From IMG/VR virus record IMGVR_UViG_3300030392_001007, positions 1-31,034 of that record: 31,034 nt of DNA; one strand, 5' to 3'. The translations under genes and the position numbers were made by a program. Of the stretch, positions 1 to 8,100 are shown one piece after another. The DNA is from a virus (lineage: Duplodnaviria > Caudoviricetes). The stretch's first letter is position 1, and each line of letters begins with the position of its first letter. The notes beneath the pieces were generated by a model. That model was not told where the DNA came from. It made no database searches and was given only the letters and a program-made list of their open reading frames with translations.

Positions 1-2115
1 TGGAAAACTTATACACCGTTTGAACAAGGATCAAAGGCAGTTTCCAATCTCTTCGGAGCTAAAGGCATGGGCTGGTTCGGTGCTGGAGGAAAGGTTCCTT
101 CTTATGCAGATGGAGGAGGGGTAGCTCCTAATCAACCTTACGAGGAACAGGTAGGTCAACCTGGTGGATTAACAAGTCTTGGATCAGGTCCAACACTGGC
201 TCTTAGAAAAGGCGGTAGACCAAGTTGGATGACTTGGGGCTTAGCTGAAGAAAGAAAAAGATATAAAGACCTGAATACTATAGTTAACAGGATGATAAAA
301 ACCGCAGCCGATAAAGGAGATACAGTAGACGCCCATAATTTAATACAAAGACAAAGAGCTATGGAAAAACAGCATAAGAAAGCGATATCAGCTTATCGGA
401 ACAAGTATATATCTATGGGAAAACAACGCTATAAGCCACAATCGGGGGTAAGTTTTCCTGATACTTTTATTGGTGATAAACCTGTGCTGAACAAGTTAAT
501 GGAAGAGGCACAAAACTTGTCTGCTAAAGATTTAGATGCAGCTGTAGATGCTATACGAAAAGAAGGTGAAAAAGTACCAAAAAAATATAAAAAGATAGGA
601 TTTAATCCTGAAATCAGTCCTGAAATTGAATCATTTCAACCTCTTTCTAAAGCTAGTGAACAACAGGTAGCTAAAGGTATTAAACTTGAGGCAGCTAAAA
701 AAGCTGAAGAAAAAAGGAAAAAAATAGAAACTCAAAAACAAAAGAATATAGACTTTGAAAAGAAATGGGCGGAAAAGAAAAAGGGAAAATCTATAAGTGA
801 TGAAACTGAAGTAGCAGGAAAAGAATTAAGGAAGGAATTTGGTCGGTTAGGAGGGGAAATAGAAAAGGAGAAATTAAAAAAAATAGAAGACGATAAAAAT
901 TTTAAAACATCTGAGGGAGGAGCTTTATGGGCTAAACATGAAAAAGACCGTACTAGAAAGGTAGCAAAACAGGAAAAGGCGGCGGCACAAGAACAGCGGC
1001 GTAATAGGGCAAAAGAACAATATGAAACAGATGTTAAGCAACATGGCATAGATACAAGTCAGGCTGAATTAAAGGGACGAACAGATGTTGAAAAATTGAA
1101 TATACGTATAGCAGCAGACAGACGAAAAACAAGACAGATTGAAGCAGAAATACGGGCAGAAACTGAGGATAATTTTGATGAAGCGATAGAGAATTATGAA
1201 AAGACAACGAAATGGAAAAAGGCTAACGTTAGCAAACATCTATCTCAAACAGACAAACTTAATGAATATAAAATAATAGAACATGATGCACGTAAAGCCT
1301 TAGTAGCAGAGAGAAATAACCTTATTAAAGATTATAATGAGAGAATGAGGGCATGGTATGCTAGTGGCGCACCTAAAGCTTTGGCAGCTTCCAGATGGGC
1401 TTCAAGATTACCAATGGGTAAAGAACAGGATGTAGCAACAATAGCGGCGTTAACCAAACCATATGAGGATAAATTAACAGAAATAACTCCTGATGCTCCT
1501 GCACTTTATCAATATAAGTCATCAGGAGAATTACCTGTATTTCCAACAAGACCCAAATATGCTCCACCTAGTATACTTTCATCGTTCAAAAAACCTCATG
1601 TTCCTAAATTTACCAAACCTACATTGACTCAATTTGACAAGCCGGATGCAACACAGTTAGAGCTAACAACTAAGTTAGGTAAGTTGATAAATAAAGATCA
1701 TTTTAAAACTTTATATGTAGCAAAACCACAGAGAGCTTTAGAATTATCAAATGAATTAACTAGATCTATAATTAATCTTCGAAGAAGTCAGGCAAAAGGT
1801 GTGGGAGTAAAAAATGAAATAGAAAGACTGAAAATAGTATCTGAACGATTTGAAGCCGCAAGAAAGTTATCAGCTGAACAACAAAAACACCATTTAACGA
1901 ATTTAACAAAGTTACTAGATGGTTTAACTACTGCTCCTTATGCAGAATTAATGATGATGAGAATGGCACAGATAGAAGATAAAGTAGAAAGGGAGAAATT
2001 TATGAAGGCATTTATAGCGCAGACAGCGGCTATAGCAAAAAAAGGTTATTTTGATTTACTAGAGCAGCGCACAAAAACCATTCCGCAATTACCTATAACT
2101 ATTAAAAGGGAATAA
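1..2115 (+). CDS. Putative internal virion / ejection-associated protein, 5'-truncated by the window edge
   Basis: Frame 1 is open from base 1 (WKTYTPFEQGSKAVSNLFGAKG then MGWFG...), so the gene probably starts upstream of the window. It has a Gly-rich N-terminal part with xxGG motifs and a long K/E/A coiled-coil-like body, and lies directly upstream of the giant virion-type protein. Function is inferred from position and composition only. Confidence 0.5.
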   Translation, partial: WKTYTPFEQGSKAVSNLFGAKGMGWFGAGGKVPSYADGGGVAPNQPYEEQVGQPGGLTSLGSGPTLALRKGGRPSWMTWGLAEERKRYKDLNTIVNRMIKTAADKGDTVDAHNLIQRQRAMEKQHKKAISAYRNKYISMGKQRYKPQSGVSFPDTFIGDKPVLNKLMEEAQNLSAKDLDAAVDAIRKEGEKVPKKYKKIGFNPEISPEIESFQPLSKASEQQVAKGIKLEAAKKAEEKRKKIETQKQKNIDFEKKWAEKKKGKSISDETEVAGKELRKEFGRLGGEIEKEKLKKIEDDKNFKTSEGGALWAKHEKDRTRKVAKQEKAAAQEQRRNRAKEQYETDVKQHGIDTSQAELKGRTDVEKLNIRIAADRRKTRQIEAEIRAETEDNFDEAIENYEKTTKWKKANVSKHLSQTDKLNEYKIIEHDARKALVAERNNLIKDYNERMRAWYASGAPKALAASRWASRLPMGKEQDVATIAALTKPYEDKLTEITPDAPALYQYKSSGELPVFPTRPKYAPPSILSSFKKPHVPKFTKPTLTQFDKPDATQLELTTKLGKLINKDHFKTLYVAKPQRALELSNELTRSIINLRRSQAKGVGVKNEIERLKIVSERFEAARKLSAEQQKHHLTNLTKLLDGLTTAPYAELMMMRMAQIEDKVEREKFMKAFIAQTAAIAKKGYFDLLEQRTKTIPQLPITIKRE

Positions 2116-2136
2116 TAATAATAATAATAATAATAA
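2113..2136 (+). repeat. (TAA)8 trinucleotide tandem repeat, in frame with the stop of the first CDS
   Basis: Read directly: eight consecutive TAA triplets at 2113-2136. Confidence 0.95.
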
Positions 2137-2158
2137 TTATAAAGATCGAGACTAAGCT

Positions 2159-5100
2159 ATGCAAATAAGTATTGGTGAGCTTCCTCAACTTGGAATTATA
2201 ACAGTTCCTGATAATTTAGGAGAACAGGAACTGGAAGATTATGTTCGTCGAACTTACGGACATCTTCTTACTCCTATTTCTATTCCTACTAAAGATATAG
2301 ATCCAGCTAGTATAGATATAGACGCATCTATCGATCAATCACAAACAGGATTATCTTCTATGATTTCTTCACCAGATAGAAATATAGATACTACTGGTTT
2401 TGTTGATAAGACTACTGCTATTGATGATGGAACTGCTCTTGGTCGTGGATTATCAAGTGGATGGAGTGGTTTTACAACGGCGTTGGGAACAACCTTTAAA
2501 TTAGGATTACCGGGTCTTGTTGAAGAAGCAACAGGACTTGATACGGTAAACAGACAGGATGTTGCTGATCGTTATGATCAAATATCAAAGGATGCACGAG
2601 CCAACAAAGCAACAACAACTTGGGCTAATGTTAGTGAAACCTTCGATAAGGACGGTGTAGGAAGTGGATTGGATAGACTTCTTACATTTACGGGTGAACA
2701 GCTTGGTCGTTCTTTACCGTACATGGGGCCGACGATAGCAGGTATAGCCGGAGGAGCAGCATTAGGACAGGCATTTCTTCCTATTCCTGTTGTTGGTGCG
2801 CTTGTTGGAGGGATATTTGCAGGGGCAGCTACTTTTTTTGGAATGAATCTTGAACGTCAGATAGAAACTAAATATGCGGAAACAGGGGAAATACCTAGCG
2901 ATCAAGAATTAGGTTATGCAGCAGCAGCCGCAACGTCCATACCACAAGCGGCTTTAGATGCAGTTACTATTATTGCTTTAGGACCAGCAGCTCGTGCTAT
3001 TCGTTTTGCCGCACCTTCAAGGCGTGAGGCGTTAAGAATTACAGCTAATCAATTAAAAAATAAAACAGCAAAAGAATTATCAGCGGCTCGTGTCTCGTTA
3101 GGAAAAACACTGGCTGAACAAATACCTAAAGGAATGGCTTTAGGGATTGCTACGGAAGGACCAACAGAAGTCTTTCAACAAGCATTGGAAAGGCTACAGG
3201 CAGGACTTCCTGTTGACCCAGAAGATGCAGAAGCTTTTAATGAATATCTTGAATCACTGGTAGCAGGAGGATTACTAGGTGGTTTATTTGGTGTGGGTGG
3301 AGGAAGCTATCATGGGCTGACTAAACAGCAACGTATGCAAAAAGCCATGAAACCTTTTAAAGAAAGAGTCGATGCTCTTAAAAGAAATGAGGTTACACAA
3401 CAAGAAATTAATCAGGCTATCTTACACGGTTATGAAGATAAGACGAGCGGCAACGTTTATAATGGATGGAAAGGTCTTAACCTTCTTTATAACGAGAAGG
3501 CACGTCCTACGATTAAAAAACTTGAATCAGCAACTGCTGAAGAGGTACTAGCTGGAGAAAGGGGAAGAACGGGAGAACTTGAAGCTGCCACTTATGATAG
3601 AGTCGGTTCTATACCTGATAGAACAAAAGATGAAAAAGTAATTATTAAGGATGAAGAACAAGAATTTGATGAAAGTATTAACACTGAATTAGATAGGTCT
3701 TCATTTGTCGAGGAAACAGGAAAAGAGTTTTCTAAGGGGTTAGCAGAGGCTTCTGCTTCAATAGAAAACTTACGAAGCGCAAAACAATCAGCTGAAAAAG
3801 AATTAGTTAACTTAGAGTTACCTACTAATAAAAAAGAGTTGGCTGTAACTAAAGAAGAGTTGCTGACTGATCCTCAAGAAACTCCTGAAAATGTAACAAA
3901 ATTGGCTGCTATTGATAATTTTGAAAATACAAGTACCGCTCTTTTTGAAACTGAGAAAGATTATGTAACCACTTTAGAAAATGAAAAACATAATGAAATT
4001 GCCAATCAACAGAAAGTAGAAAGAGAAACACAATTATCGGAAGTAGAAGAGGTTACACCTGAAATACGAGATACGTTAAAGACTAAAAATATAAATACTG
4101 TTAATCAATTGTATCCTTATTCTTCAGTAGAGATACGTGAAGACATTCTTCCAGAACATAATCTTACAAAAGAACAAGCTGACAGACTTGTTATATCGGC
4201 TCGTGAAAAAGCTGGTATTATGTTTAAACCGTTTGATTCTGAAAAAAGAAGACAAGATCTAGCGCAAGAAAATATAAAAACAGCACCTATTGGTAAACCT
4301 TTAGAAGATCTGTCTCCACTTACAGCGAGGAAGGACATAAAAGAAGATAAATTTTTTATAGATACGGAGAGTAGGGAAGGTAGAAATGTAATTAATAAGG
4401 CAAAAGAAAAAGTAAATAGCGAAAGGAAAAAGGCGGAAAAAGAGGGTATACCACGAGATAAAATAGATCAAGTTCCAGCAGTACAGCTAGCTATGAAGGC
4501 TCATCAGAATGCTCTTAAAAAATATAGAGGAATGATTACTGTTCCTGATGAAAAAATAATTGATACTGAAGAAGTAACAACCGGGGATGAGAAAAAAGTT
4601 GTAACTAAAGGTAAACCCTTAGATGATTTAAATAAAATAGAAATTGAATATACAGATAAAAAAGGTAATCCTGCAAAATTTTCATTGCAACATTATAATG
4701 AGCCTAAACGTGCCGTACAAATTGAAGGTTTAAAAAAGTGGTTAAGAGAAAGAGGCGTTCCTGAACAAGAGATGTCGTTGGAACGACTAAAAGAAGAGAT
4801 AGAATTATCCCTTCCAAGAGATATAAATCAAAAAACAGGAAAGTGGCAAGATGCTGATTATGGAGCCGCTCCAGATTCAAGAGGTAGATATACAAAGAAA
4901 TTTGGAAAAAGACGTTCTAATATATATGATGTGTTAAATGTAGTAGGAAAGCCTTATAGATTTTCAATAGATGCATCCAATAAAAATAAAGGTATAATTC
5001 CATTAATAGAGGAGTATAATCCTAACGACTATGTTTCTCCAAGAGAATTAGCTGATTCAATTTCTCCTACAGAAGCAACGACAGAAGAAGAATTTACTGA

Positions 5101-8100
5101 AAATTTACGGAAAAAACTAGGACATCAAGAAAAAATAGTAGATGTTCAGGATACCAAAGGTAAAGTTGTTAGTAAAGTTCCCATTTCAGAGATTGTTCAA
5201 ACTAAAGGGGTAACAGAAATACGTCGTAAAGAACTTGAAGACGGTGCTGCTAATTCTGTTGATCCTGTAACCTCAACTTCCATGCTCAATTTTTTATTGG
5301 ATGAATCAGGTTTTATGAATCCTACACGGGAAGTTAAGTTTGGTATCTTTAACGGAAGACCTTTTATAAGATTTATTTTAAACGATGCAACGTGGCGTTA
5401 TACACCTCTTAAAAGAGATAGAAAAACAGGAGAGCCGCAGGAATGGAGTGAACAAGAAATAGCGGAAGGAAAAGATAAGTATATTTTAGGAGGAACGCCT
5501 GTTAATTTATATGAAAAAGATATTAGTTCACCTACTTCCAGAATAAATTTTGTAAAAAATAACGCACCTTTTTTCAATGTAAAAAAAGCATATTACATGG
5601 ATGAAAAAGGAATGTTCCATCTTTATCCAAATATAAGCAAAATGATTACCACCTATAATAGGGCGGTATTTTTAGAAGCAAATGAAAGAGGTGTAAAATT
5701 TGATTCTAAACCTGATACAATACCTTTTGATGAAACACTTCAAGAAATGTCTGATAGGTTTCAAGCGGAAGCAGATAGAAGTCCAGAAGGTGTAGAAGCT
5801 TTTTGGAACGAGAGAAGGAAGGTAATAAGACAAGGAGAAGTCATAAATGAATTTGAAATAAATGAAGAACTTCGTAAGGCAGGGTATAAGGAATGGAGTA
5901 GAGAAGCAGTAGAAACACTAAATAAAAATGAAAAAGATGTGAAAGAAGAAGTAGTATTAGAAAGTGTAACAGCGGAGCAGCGTTCAAAAGATGTTAAATT
6001 AAGAGATATTTGGATAAAGGCAAAGGAAAATATAAAGGAACGAACTGATGCGAAAGCTAATACTGAAAGGTTTACGATAAGTGAAGTTAATCAATTAGCA
6101 GAAGCTAAGAAGAAAGGGTTATATGAAACAACTATTACACCAGAAGAGATTAAGGATATAGAGAAACGAGCTAATATTAACTTTCAGAATGAGCAGATAA
6201 GAAAAGAAGCAGGAAAACGAAGAGATAAACCTATAGATACAGGAAGAGAAGGTCTATCATTAGAAGAGAAGAAAAGGGCATTGGTAGAGGCAGAGATATT
6301 AACTGAACTGGAAGTAGATTTTACGTCAATTACTGATCGAAGTGTACTAACCGAAGAAATAAAGAAAATTAATAATCTGTATAAGCAATTTATTGAGGAG
6401 GAGATTGTAGATCCAACTGAAGAAATTGAAGGAGAACCAAATCCTAATGAGGATATTATAGATGCAGCCGCAGCAGAAAAGAATTTAAATCCAAAAGATA
6501 TTGGAGAAAGAATTCCCCTTAACATGTGGGAACGGCGAAATATTGTAGAATGGATTGCCGATAAAACAGGTGGAACTGTTCAAACTATTTTCATGTCTGT
6601 AGAAGAGTTGAGAAAATTATGGGCAGCAAAAGGAGGAGACAAGAATCTTACTGATAAAGTAATGGCCTTTACTGATCCTATCAGTCGTTTAATTGTTTTA
6701 GCTGAAAATTCACAATTTGATCTTCCTCATTCCAGAATGTCAGCGTTATGGCTGGCAGGTGAAGAAGCTTTTCATATGGTTGATAGATTAGCTCTGACAG
6801 AGGAAGAACGTTCAGTACTGGATGAAGTTCTTACACCTGAACTGGCAGAGGCTAATAATATAGAGGTAAAACAATACGCAAAAAATAAACAACAACTTGA
6901 AATTAGAGCTAAAGTAATGGCGGCTTATATGGCCGGAGCCAATATAAAAGGATTAACTTCTCCTGCTAGAAAAGTAATGTACAAGATTAAAAATTTTGTT
7001 AATCGTCTTTTTAAATATCTTAGGGCTGGTGAATGGCAACTGACACCTGAACAAAGAACGTTAAAAGCTATGGAAGATTTTAAAAATGGTAAACTGGCAG
7101 AACGTGTAGGAGCAGCCCCAAACGTTGAAGAACGTACGTTAATTGCCGGACAGGGTTTGGAAGCATCTATTACTGGAGAAAAGTTGAAAAAAGGGGCTGA
7201 AGAAGCTTTTAATGATGTAAAAAGTACAAAAGAGTTAACGAACAGAGGAGAAGTATTAAGTAAATGGAATAAGTGGATTACCCATTTAAGTGGATTAGCT
7301 GGCAGGTATCCAAGCTTTCGTGTTTTCTATAACGCCCATCAGAAAGAGGTAGAGTTACGGAACAAGTTTAAAAATATGTCGTTAGAAAATTTAAAAGATT
7401 TTATGGATCTAACAATGGCATCTCTTCCTTACGGTAAAAGAAAAAGGGAAGCTCAACGTATATTAACAGAAGTTGAAAGATTTGTAGTAATAGGTGATTA
7501 TCTTAATTTGAATATAAACGAAGTACGTGCACTTGGTTATGTAATTGATTTAAAATCTTATCCTGACCTTCCATTTAAAGATACTCTTACCAATATAAAG
7601 GCAACAAATATCTATGAAGAGATAGATGAATTATCTGAGGCAGAAGTACAGGAGCAGTTAGAGCTAAGAAAAGAAGGCAGAAAAGTAAGAGGAAAGAAAA
7701 TAGGTGTAAAGATAGCTGATACAGACGCCTATCAATTAAAACAGTTAGGATTGACAGGTCAGGAGGAAATTAAATTATCTAAAGATGGTATCAAAGCTTT
7801 TGAATCTTATGTCAAAACAGTTCAGGGAGCGTACAGTCAGGCAAAACGGGGTTTCGTGAAAAGTTTAATTGATGACGGCTATATAATATTTAAAGATTTA
7901 GCGTTAGGTGAAAGAAATGTGGATTTAGAAATGAGTTGGAGAGGACGTCCTCCGATTAACTATCTGGATTTAAATGAATCAATTTCAGATTTATTTCCCC
8001 GTATTACAGAATGGCTGAATCAATTCGTAAAAAAAGATGAAAAGGGAGAAGCTATTTCTTTTGAAAAAGCAATAGAAGAACCGTCAGAGCCACCGCTTCC

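Noticed and set aside
2113-2136. Stop-codon reassignment suggested by the TAA run
   Set aside because: Genes are long and intact under the standard code, and TAA, TGA and TAG all end well-supported genes.
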